Source: an uncultured Prevotellaceae bacterium
GTDB lineage: Bacteria > Bacteroidota > Bacteroidia > Bacteroidales > Bacteroidaceae
Direction of reading: 5' to 3'
DNA: 64,000 nt
Assembly (NCBI GenBank): GCA_900320435.1
Contig: ONSH01000007.1
Span: 5,232-69,231, forward strand
Positions 10,596 through 18,890 of this stretch are shown piece after piece (position 1 is the first letter of the stretch; every line of letters starts with the position of its first letter). The notes under the pieces were generated by a model. The model saw only the letters and a list, made by a program, of their open reading frames with translations, was not told where the DNA came from and searched no databases. The translations under genes were made by a program, and so were the position numbers.

Positions 10596-12134
10596 ATGAA
10601 AGCATTTGAGAATCTTGAATTGTGGTGGGTAACCGGCGCTCAGCTCCTTTACGGCGGTGAGACTGTGAAAATCGTAGACGGTCACTCCAAGGAAATGGTG
10701 GAGGGCCTGAACAAGGGCGGTCTCATTCCCATCAAAGTGGTATACAAAGGCACCGCCAACTCTTCCAAAGAAGTGGAAGCTGTGATGAAGGCTGCCAACA
10801 ACGAAGAGAAGTGCGTAGGTGTGATCACCTGGATGCACACATTCTCTCCCGCCAAGATGTGGATCAAGGGTCTGCAGGATCTCCAGAAGCCCCTGCTCCA
10901 CTTCCACACTCAGTATAATGCAGAAATTCCCTGGGAGACCATGGATATGGACTTCATGAACCTCAACCAGAGCGCTCACGGTGACATCGAGTTCGGACAT
11001 ATCTGCACCCGCATGCGTGTTCCCCGCAAGGTGGTTTGCGGCTACTGGAAGGACGAGCAGGCTCAGAAGCAGATTGCCGTTTGGGCACGTGTTGCTGCCG
11101 GTGTGGCCGACGCCAAGAACGTACGCTGTCTGATGTTCGGCATGAACATGAACAACGTTGCCGTAACCGACGGCGACCGCGTCGAGTTTGAGCAGCGCCT
11201 GGGCTACCATGTAGATTACTACCCCGTTTCTTCTCTGATGGAATACTTCAAGCAGGTTACCGATGCCGAAGTCAATGCTTTGGTTGAGGAGTACAAGAAG
11301 GAGTACACCATCAAGATTGACGAGAGCGGCGAACAGGTTTATTGGGAGAAGGTGAAGAATGCCGCCAAGGCAGAGATTGCCCTCCGCCGTGTGCTCAAGG
11401 ACGAAGGTGCTACTGCCTTCACCACCAACTTCGACGACCTCGGCGACGCCGACATCGACGATCCCAACTTCGTAGGTTTCGACCAGATTCCCGGCCTCGC
11501 TTCTCAGCGTCTGATGGCAGAGGGTTACGGCTTCGGCGCCGAGGGCGACTGGAAGACGGCCTGCCTCTATCGTTCTCTTTGGGTGATCCAGCAGGGCATG
11601 CCCATCGGCTGCTCGTTCCTCGAGGACTACACGCTGAACTTCGCCGGCGACCGCAGTTCTTGCCTCCAGAGCCACATGCTCGAGGTTTGTCCTCTGATTG
11701 CTGTTGACAAGCCCAAGCTCGAGGTTCACTTCCTGGGCATCGGCATCCGCAAGCAGCAGACCGCCCGTCTCGTGTTCACCTCTAAGGTTGGTCGCGGCAT
11801 CAAGGCTACTGTTGTCGACCTGGGCAACCGCTTCCGTCTCATTTCTCAGGAGGTTGAGTGCATTGAGCCCAAGCCCATGCCCAACCTTCCCGTTGCTTCT
11901 GCCCTCTGGGTTCCCCAGCCCACTTTCGAAATCGGTGCCGGTGCATGGATTCTGGCCGGTGGCACTCACCACAGCGCCTTCTCCTACGACATCACCGAGG
12001 AGTACTGGGAGGACTTCGCCGAAATGGTCGGCATCGAATATGTCAAGATTAACAAGGACACGACCATCAGCGAGTTCAAGCACAACCTCCAGATGAACGA
12101 GGTGTACTACATGTTGAACAAGGCACTGAAGTAA
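10596..12134 (+). CDS. araA: L-arabinose isomerase
   Basis: 512 aa. The N-terminus LELWWVTGAQLLYG resembles the enterobacterial AraA N-terminus (EVWFVIGSQHLYG type). Confidence 0.9.
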   Translation: MKAFENLELWWVTGAQLLYGGETVKIVDGHSKEMVEGLNKGGLIPIKVVYKGTANSSKEVEAVMKAANNEEKCVGVITWMHTFSPAKMWIKGLQDLQKPLLHFHTQYNAEIPWETMDMDFMNLNQSAHGDIEFGHICTRMRVPRKVVCGYWKDEQAQKQIAVWARVAAGVADAKNVRCLMFGMNMNNVAVTDGDRVEFEQRLGYHVDYYPVSSLMEYFKQVTDAEVNALVEEYKKEYTIKIDESGEQVYWEKVKNAAKAEIALRRVLKDEGATAFTTNFDDLGDADIDDPNFVGFDQIPGLASQRLMAEGYGFGAEGDWKTACLYRSLWVIQQGMPIGCSFLEDYTLNFAGDRSSCLQSHMLEVCPLIAVDKPKLEVHFLGIGIRKQQTARLVFTSKVGRGIKATVVDLGNRFRLISQEVECIEPKPMPNLPVASALWVPQPTFEIGAGAWILAGGTHHSAFSYDITEEYWEDFAEMVGIEYVKINKDTTISEFKHNLQMNEVYYMLNKALK

Positions 12135-12135
12135 T

Positions 12136-13728
12136 ATGAGCGCAAAAGAAACCATCATTGCAGGTAAAGCCATTCTCGGTATCGAGTTTGGCTCTACCCG
12201 CATCAAGGCTGTTCTCGTCGATCAGGAGAACAAGCCCATAGCCCAAGGTTCCCACACATGGGAGAATCAGCTCGTGGACGGTCTGTGGACTTACTCCACC
12301 GAAGCCATATGGTTCGGTCTTCAGGACTGCTACGCCGACCTTCGCAAGAATGTGCTGGCACAGTACGACACCGAGATTGAGATCCTTGCCGGCATCGGCA
12401 TCTCTGCCATGATGCACGGCTACATGGCTTTCGGCGCCAACGATCAGATTCTCGTGCCCTTCCGCACCTGGCGCAACACCAACACGGGCGAAGCTGCAGC
12501 AGAGCTGTCCAAGCTCTTCAACTACAACATACCTCTGCGTTGGAGCATCAGCCACCTCTATCAGTGCATTCTCGACAATGAGGAGCATGTGAAGAACATC
12601 AAGTTCCAGACCACTCTGGCCGGTTACATTCACTGGCAGCTCACCGGCAAGAAGGTGCTCGGTGTGGGTGATGCCAGCGGTATGATTCCCGTTGATCCCA
12701 AGACAAAGGACTACGACGCCACGATGGTGGAGAAGTTCAACAAGCTCATTTCCACCAAGAACTACGGTTGGACGCTTCTGGACATCTTCCCCAAGGTGCT
12801 CTCCGCAGGCGAGAATGCCGGATACCTGACGCCCGAGGGTGCAGGCAAGCTGGACATTTCCGGTCATCTGAAGGCCGGCGTGCCCATGTGTCCTCCCGAA
12901 GGTGATGCCGGCACGGGTATGGCTGCCACTAATGCCGTGAAGCAGCGCACCGGCAACGTTTCTGCCGGAACGTCCTCATTCTCAATGATTGTGTTGGAGA
13001 AGGAACTCTCCCAGCCCTACGAGATGCTGGATATGGTCACCACTCCCGACGGGTCTCTCGTGGCTATGGTGCACTGCAACAACTGCACCTCCGACATCAA
13101 TGCCTGGGTGAAGATCATGAAGGAATATGCCGAGTTGCTCGGTGTCGAGCAGGACAACAACCAGCTCTACACCCGCCTCTTCCAGTTGGCAGCCAAGGGC
13201 GATCCCGACTGCGGCGGTCTGATTTCCTACAACTACATCTCCGGCGAACCCGTCACCGGCTGCATGGACGGCCGTCCTTTGGTGGTACGCTCTGCCAACG
13301 ACAAGTTCACGCTTGCCAACTTCATGCGTGCACACCTCTACGGTGCCATCGCCGTGTTGAAGTTCGGCAATGACATCCTCTTCAAGCAGGAGAATGTCAA
13401 GGTGGACCGCATCACGGGTCACGGCGGATATTTCACCACACCCATTGTGGGTCAGAAGATGCTGGCCGCAGCCCTCAACTCCCCCATCTCCTGTATGGAG
13501 ACTGCCGGAGAAGGCGGCGCATGGGGCATCGCTCTGCTCGCTTCCTATATGGTGAACAATCCCAAGGGTCTCAGCCTGGCCGACTGGCTTGACGCCGTAG
13601 TCTTTGCCGGCAACACCGGAACCTCTGTGGCTCCCGATCCTGCCGACGTTGAAGGCTTCAACCGCTACATCGAGAACTACAAGGCTTGTCTCCCCGCAGA
13701 GCAGAAGGCCGTTGAATGTAAGAAGTAA
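12136..13728 (+). CDS. araB: FGGY-family carbohydrate kinase, probably ribulokinase
   Basis: 530 aa with an FGGY-type N-terminus (LGIEFGSTRIKAVL). It starts 1 nt after the araA stop. Confidence 0.75.
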   Translation: MSAKETIIAGKAILGIEFGSTRIKAVLVDQENKPIAQGSHTWENQLVDGLWTYSTEAIWFGLQDCYADLRKNVLAQYDTEIEILAGIGISAMMHGYMAFGANDQILVPFRTWRNTNTGEAAAELSKLFNYNIPLRWSISHLYQCILDNEEHVKNIKFQTTLAGYIHWQLTGKKVLGVGDASGMIPVDPKTKDYDATMVEKFNKLISTKNYGWTLLDIFPKVLSAGENAGYLTPEGAGKLDISGHLKAGVPMCPPEGDAGTGMAATNAVKQRTGNVSAGTSSFSMIVLEKELSQPYEMLDMVTTPDGSLVAMVHCNNCTSDINAWVKIMKEYAELLGVEQDNNQLYTRLFQLAAKGDPDCGGLISYNYISGEPVTGCMDGRPLVVRSANDKFTLANFMRAHLYGAIAVLKFGNDILFKQENVKVDRITGHGGYFTTPIVGQKMLAAALNSPISCMETAGEGGAWGIALLASYMVNNPKGLSLADWLDAVVFAGNTGTSVAPDPADVEGFNRYIENYKACLPAEQKAVECKK

Positions 13729-13748
13729 TCACACAAAACAAACAAAAG

Positions 13749-15773
13749 ATGAACGATATCAAAGTTCTTAATCACGCAGCGGATAACATCCGTATCCTCG
13801 CTGCTTCTGCCGTAGAGAAAGCCAAGAGCGGCCACCCCGGTGGCGCTATGGGCGGCGCAGACTTCATCAATGTTCTCTACAGTGAATATTTGAAATACGA
13901 TCCCCTGAATCCCCGTTGGGTGGGTCGCGACCGTTTCTTCCTCGATCCCGGTCACATGGCTCCCATGCTCTACTCGCAGCTTTGCCTCATCGGCAAGTAC
14001 AGCCTTGAGGAGCTGCAGCAGTTGCGTCAGTGGGGCTCTCCCACTACGGGCCATCCCGAGTTTGAGATTGAGCGCGGTGTGGAGAACACTTCCGGCCCTC
14101 TGGGTCAGGGTCACGTGTTTGCCGTCGGTGCCGCCATTGCCGCCAAGTTCCTGGCTGCTCACACCGGCAACCCCACCTTCTCCAAGGAGACCATCTACGC
14201 CTACATCTCCGACGGCGGTGTCCAGGAGGAGATTTCTCAGGGCGCAGCGCGTATCGCCGGCGTTCTGGGTCTGGACAACCTGATCATGTTCTACGACTCC
14301 AACGACATCCAGCTCTCCACTGAGACCAAGGACGTTATGAGCGAGGACACTGCTGCCAAGTATCGCGCTCTCGGTTGGGAAGTCATCGAAATTGTCGGCA
14401 ACGACGCCGCACAGATTCGCAAGGCGCTCGACCAGGCTCAGACGGTGAAGGGCAAGCCCTGCCTGATCATCGGCAAGTGCATCATGGGTAAGGGTGCGCT
14501 CAAGGACGACGGCTCTTCCTACGAAGCCAACTGCAAGACCCACGGCGCTCCTCTCGGCGGCGACGCTTACAAGAACACCATCAAGAACCTCGGCGGCGAT
14601 CCCGAGAATCCTTTCCAGATTTTCGACGACGTTAAGGCTATGTACGCTGCACGCGCAGAGGAACTCAAAAAGATCTGTGCTGCACGCTATGAGGAGGAGA
14701 AGGCTTGGGCCGCTCAGAATCCCGACAAGGCCAAGCAGCAGGACGAGTGGTTTGCCGGCAAGGCTCCCAAGATCGACTGGTCGAAGTGTGTGCAGAAGGA
14801 CAACGACGCTACGCGTAACGCCTCTGCCGCCTGTCTCAACGTATTGGCCCAGCAGGTGCCCAACATGATTTGCGCCAGCGCCGACCTCTCCAACTCCGAC
14901 AAGACCGACGGCTTCCTAAAGGCTACTCACGCCTTCACCAAGGGCGACTTCTCCGGCGCCTTCTTCCAGGCCGGTGTTGCCGAGCTGACTATGGCATGCT
15001 GCTGTATCGGTATGTGTCTGCACGGCGGTGTGATTCCCGCTTGCGGCACCTTCTTCGTATTCTCCGACTACATGAAGCCCGCCGTCCGCATGGCCGCACT
15101 CATGAAGCTCCCCGTGAAGTTCATATGGACCCACGATGCATTCCGTGTCGGCGAAGACGGCCCCACTCACGAGCCCGTTGAGCAGGAGGCACAGATTCGT
15201 CTCATGGAGAAGCTCAAGACCCACGACGGCAAGAACTCCTGCCTCGTGCTGCGTCCTGCCGACGCCAAGGAGACCACTGTTGCTTGGGCTATGGCTATGG
15301 AGAACACCGACAGCCCCACTGCCCTCATCCTCTCCCGCCAGAACATCACCAATCTGCCTGCAGGTAACGACTACGAGGGCGCTCGCAAGGGCGGCTACAT
15401 TGTGGCCGGCAGCGACGAGAATCCCGATGTTGTTATGGTGGCTACGGGTTCCGAGGTCAGCACTTTGGTGGCCGGTGCAGAGTTGTTGCGCAAGGACGGC
15501 GTGAAGGTGCGCATCGTGAGCGTTCCCTCCGAGGGCCTCTTCCGCACGCAGTCCAAGGACTACCAGCAGAAGGTGATTCCCGCAGGTGCCAAAGTGTTCG
15601 GCATGACCGCCGGTCTGCCCGTCAACCTGCAGGGCTTCCTCATCGGCGCCGCTCCCGAGAGCAAGGTATGGGGTCTGGAGACCTTCGGCTTCTCCGCTCC
15701 CTACAAGGTGCTCGACGAGAAGCTCGGCTACACCGCTGAGAATGTTTACAACCAGGTTAAAAGCATGCTTTAA
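13749..15773 (+). CDS. tkt: Transketolase
   Basis: 674 aa with a TPP-binding N-terminal motif (SGHPGGAMGGADF) and transketolase central and C-terminal domains. Confidence 0.95.
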   Translation: MNDIKVLNHAADNIRILAASAVEKAKSGHPGGAMGGADFINVLYSEYLKYDPLNPRWVGRDRFFLDPGHMAPMLYSQLCLIGKYSLEELQQLRQWGSPTTGHPEFEIERGVENTSGPLGQGHVFAVGAAIAAKFLAAHTGNPTFSKETIYAYISDGGVQEEISQGAARIAGVLGLDNLIMFYDSNDIQLSTETKDVMSEDTAAKYRALGWEVIEIVGNDAAQIRKALDQAQTVKGKPCLIIGKCIMGKGALKDDGSSYEANCKTHGAPLGGDAYKNTIKNLGGDPENPFQIFDDVKAMYAARAEELKKICAARYEEEKAWAAQNPDKAKQQDEWFAGKAPKIDWSKCVQKDNDATRNASAACLNVLAQQVPNMICASADLSNSDKTDGFLKATHAFTKGDFSGAFFQAGVAELTMACCCIGMCLHGGVIPACGTFFVFSDYMKPAVRMAALMKLPVKFIWTHDAFRVGEDGPTHEPVEQEAQIRLMEKLKTHDGKNSCLVLRPADAKETTVAWAMAMENTDSPTALILSRQNITNLPAGNDYEGARKGGYIVAGSDENPDVVMVATGSEVSTLVAGAELLRKDGVKVRIVSVPSEGLFRTQSKDYQQKVIPAGAKVFGMTAGLPVNLQGFLIGAAPESKVWGLETFGFSAPYKVLDEKLGYTAENVYNQVKSML

Positions 15774-16207
15774 TGACTGCCATCGGTTTAGCTTCTGACC
15801 ACGCCGCTTTTCCTCTGAAGCAGTTCGTCAAGAAATATCTTGAGGAGAAGGGCATCGAATACAAGGACTACGGCACCTACACCGAAGATAGCTGCAACTA
15901 TGCCACCTACGGCCACAAGCTGGCTGAGGGCATCGAGCAGAACGAGGTGGAGAGAGGCATTGCCATGTGCGGTTCGGGAGAAGGCATCTCCATGACGCTC
16001 AACAAGCATCAGGGCATTCGTGCCGGACTGGTGTGGCGTCCGGAGATTGCCCACCTCATCCGCGAGCACAACAACGCCAATGTCATTGTGTTCCCCGGTC
16101 GGTTTATTGATGAAGACACCTGTCGTGCCTGCCTCGACGAGTTCTTCAACACCGAGTTTGCCGGCGGCCGTCATTTGGATCGCATCCAAGCCATTCCCGT
16201 GCAATAG
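15773..16207 (+). CDS. rpiB: Ribose-5-phosphate isomerase B
   Basis: 144 aa, RpiB/LacAB family (MCGSGEGISM). Its start overlaps the tkt stop by 1 nt. Confidence 0.9.
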   Translation: MTAIGLASDHAAFPLKQFVKKYLEEKGIEYKDYGTYTEDSCNYATYGHKLAEGIEQNEVERGIAMCGSGEGISMTLNKHQGIRAGLVWRPEIAHLIREHNNANVIVFPGRFIDEDTCRACLDEFFNTEFAGGRHLDRIQAIPVQ

Positions 16208-16233
16208 GTTCAATGACTTGAAAATAAGAGAAA

Positions 16234-16266
16234 AAGGGCTGTGAGAAGTTCACAGCCCTTTTTTAT
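16234..16266 (+). terminator. Intrinsic terminator after rpiB
   Basis: Stem gggctgtga / tcacagccc with loop gaagt, followed by a T-run. Confidence 0.7.
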
Positions 16267-16272
16267 AACTGC

Positions 16273-18294
16273 ATGATACAATTTTTCGCACTTCTGCTCT
16301 TCCTCCTCTCCGTCAGTCTCACGGCCCGCAGCCAGGAGCAGCCGCTCTCCTGGGGGGAATTTGTGGAGAATATGTATGAAGAGGTCAAGGACGACGAGGA
16401 CAATCTGGACGACATCCAGCAACGCCTCATTGATTTGGAGGAGCTCCACCGCCATCCCTTCAACTTCAACACCGCCACTTCGGGGCAACTCTCCGCCCTG
16501 CCCTTTCTCGACAACAACGAGATAGACCAGATCCTGCTCTACCTGTCGAAACACCGCCGCATCGACTCCTGGGGCGAACTGCTGCTCATCAAGGGGCTTC
16601 GCTTTGAGAGCATACGCTCCCTGCCGCTCTTCTGCACCATCGGGGAAGAGAGCATCGAAGGAAAGACTCCTTCGAGAAAACCGACCCACAGCTTCGACAC
16701 CCGCCTCGACATTCCGCTCTACACGCGCAAGGGATTTATGTGGGACGACAAACTCAAAACCACACCCTATGTCGGCGACAAACTCGCTCATCGCATGCAT
16801 TACAAACTGCAAACTCAACGCGCTGAGATTGCGCTGTACGCCAGCAAGAGTACGGGCGAACGATTCTACGACAACTACGGAGGCTATGTAGCGCTGAAAA
16901 ATATAGGTTTTATGGACCAAATCCTCATCGGAGACTACCGTATAGGCTTCGGTGAAGGGCTGGTCATCGGACGCGGAAGTCCCGGAAAATCAAACACTAA
17001 CGCGCGCACACCTCAGGGCATACGCGCCCAGCAGGGCTTCTCCGAAACCTATCGTTTGCGCGGCATGGTTTTTGGTTTGAATTTTGGCACATTTGAGGCG
17101 CAGGCCTTCGCTTCCGCACGCGGACTCGACGGCACGATGACGCGCGACTCCTCCGGCATACAGACACTTATCACCAACGGATACCACCGCACGCAGAGCG
17201 AACTCGACAGGAAGAACGCTTTATGGGAATTGCTCGCCGGAGGTCATGTTCAATGGAACAAACAGGTTGAGCATCACCGCTTCTTCATCGGCGCATCCGG
17301 CCTGTGGCGCCACACCACGCGACCGCTCATCCCCCGCCCCGAGCGCACGAGAGCCACCGTCTACAGAGACATTTATCCCCAGGGACAGGACTGGGGCACC
17401 GTCGGCGTGAACTACGGCTGGTCGGCCTATCGCTGGAGCGCCGCCGGCGAAACCGCTACCTCTTTCGGCGGCTGGGGCACAGTGGAGCGCATCAGCTACA
17501 AGCCCTCCGAACGCTTTGAGGCCGGCGCCGTCTTCCGCTACTACAGCGACCGCTTTCAGTCGGCCCACGCCACATCGTTGAGTGAGAACTCACGCCGGCA
17601 AAACGAGACCGGCGTGCTGCTGCGTCTGGCAGCGCGTCCCTGGGACATGATTCTGCTGGAGAGCTACGCCGACTTCTTCTATTTCCACTGGCCCCGCTTC
17701 GGCATGAGCAGCAGCGACAGCGGCCAGGACATCATGGGGCAGATCTCCGTCGCTCCCGGCCGTCGCCACCACACGGCGCTACGCTACAATCTCAAACGCA
17801 AGAGCGTGCGCGATCAGATGAACACCAGCCATCGCCTCAAGCTGCAGTATGCCTTCACGCCCCACGAGCGTCTGCGCTGGCAGTGCAGCGCACTCCTGCG
17901 CTGCTACACGATTGACGACAAACTGCAAACACGTCATCTGGGCTGGGGCCTCGTGCAGAATCTCCGAATGAGGCTGCTGCGTCAGCGCCTTCAGGGCGTC
18001 TTCTCCGCAGGGTATTTCGACTCGCCCGCCTACCTCTGCAGCATCTATCTCTACGAGCCGGCCCTATGGAACTCCACCGACTACACAGCCTACTACGGAC
18101 AGGGAATCCGCAGCGCTCTGACGCTGCGCTGGAGCGACAGCCTCTCTAAGAGCAACAGGAAGAAAATCTGGATGTTGGAGCTGAAATACGGCGTGACATA
18201 CTACTTCGACCGCGACATCATCTCGAGCGCCCTGCAGCAGATCTTCTCTCCCCTGAAGCAGGACGTCAGCTTCCAGCTACGCTTTGACATTTGA
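16273..18294 (+). CDS. Secreted helix-hairpin-helix domain protein with a long beta-rich (probably outer-membrane barrel) C-terminal region
   Basis: Signal peptide MIQFFALLLFLLSVSLTARSQ and a ComEA-like HhH segment (NFNTATSGQLSALPFLDNNEIDQIL). About 500 aa follow with alternating aromatic/hydrophilic patterns. Confidence 0.6.
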   Translation: MIQFFALLLFLLSVSLTARSQEQPLSWGEFVENMYEEVKDDEDNLDDIQQRLIDLEELHRHPFNFNTATSGQLSALPFLDNNEIDQILLYLSKHRRIDSWGELLLIKGLRFESIRSLPLFCTIGEESIEGKTPSRKPTHSFDTRLDIPLYTRKGFMWDDKLKTTPYVGDKLAHRMHYKLQTQRAEIALYASKSTGERFYDNYGGYVALKNIGFMDQILIGDYRIGFGEGLVIGRGSPGKSNTNARTPQGIRAQQGFSETYRLRGMVFGLNFGTFEAQAFASARGLDGTMTRDSSGIQTLITNGYHRTQSELDRKNALWELLAGGHVQWNKQVEHHRFFIGASGLWRHTTRPLIPRPERTRATVYRDIYPQGQDWGTVGVNYGWSAYRWSAAGETATSFGGWGTVERISYKPSERFEAGAVFRYYSDRFQSAHATSLSENSRRQNETGVLLRLAARPWDMILLESYADFFYFHWPRFGMSSSDSGQDIMGQISVAPGRRHHTALRYNLKRKSVRDQMNTSHRLKLQYAFTPHERLRWQCSALLRCYTIDDKLQTRHLGWGLVQNLRMRLLRQRLQGVFSAGYFDSPAYLCSIYLYEPALWNSTDYTAYYGQGIRSALTLRWSDSLSKSNRKKIWMLELKYGVTYYFDRDIISSALQQIFSPLKQDVSFQLRFDI

Positions 18295-18879
18295 GCCGAT
18301 GCCGACAAAATCTGCGAGCGCCTGCGAGAGACGCTGCACGGGCAGACCCATCACGTTGTAGTACGAACCCTGAATACCCGTCACGCCGACATAGCCTATC
18401 CACTCCTGTATGCCGTAGGCTCCGGCTTTGTCCATCGGTTTGTAGGTCGCGACGTAGTAGTCGATCTGCTCCCGGCTGAGGGTGGTGAATGTGACTTCGG
18501 TCACAGCGTTGAAGCTGAAGTAGTCGTCGGCACCTCCCCGCTCCGTGCGGCGGACGCGCAGCGTGACGCCGGTGATGACGTGATGCGTGCGGCCGGAGAG
18601 GCTGCGCAGCATCTGCTTCGCCTCCTCGGGCGAGGCGGGCTTGCCGAGTATCCTTCCTCCGACAGCCACTACGGTGTCGGCCGTGATGAGCACTTCGCCG
18701 TCGGCTATGTCGTAGGCCTCTGCCTTACGGCGAGATATCCAAACGGGCACCTCTTCTGCGGGGAGATCCCGGGGGAATGTCTCGTCGATGCCGTCCTTCA
18801 CGCGCACCTCGAAGGGCAGGTCCAAGCCTGCAAGCAACTGCTTGCGGCGCGGGCTGTTGGAGGCGAGAATCAATTTCAT
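18277..18879 (-). CDS. maf: Maf-family nucleoside triphosphate pyrophosphatase
   Basis: LILASNSPRRKQLL N-terminal signature; 200 aa. Confidence 0.9.
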   Translation of the reverse strand: MKLILASNSPRRKQLLAGLDLPFEVRVKDGIDETFPRDLPAEEVPVWISRRKAEAYDIADGEVLITADTVVAVGGRILGKPASPEEAKQMLRSLSGRTHHVITGVTLRVRRTERGGADDYFSFNAVTEVTFTTLSREQIDYYVATYKPMDKAGAYGIQEWIGYVGVTGIQGSYYNVMGLPVQRLSQALADFVGIGSNVKA

Positions 18880-18890
18880 TTTCCGCTTAT

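Noticed and set aside
10560-12206. 548-aa ORF on the minus strand, opposite araA
   Set aside because: It is a mirror-frame ORF in GC-rich coding DNA. The translation is low-complexity (Val/Leu/Gly/His-rich) with no motifs, whereas the plus-strand frame encodes a clear L-arabinose isomerase.
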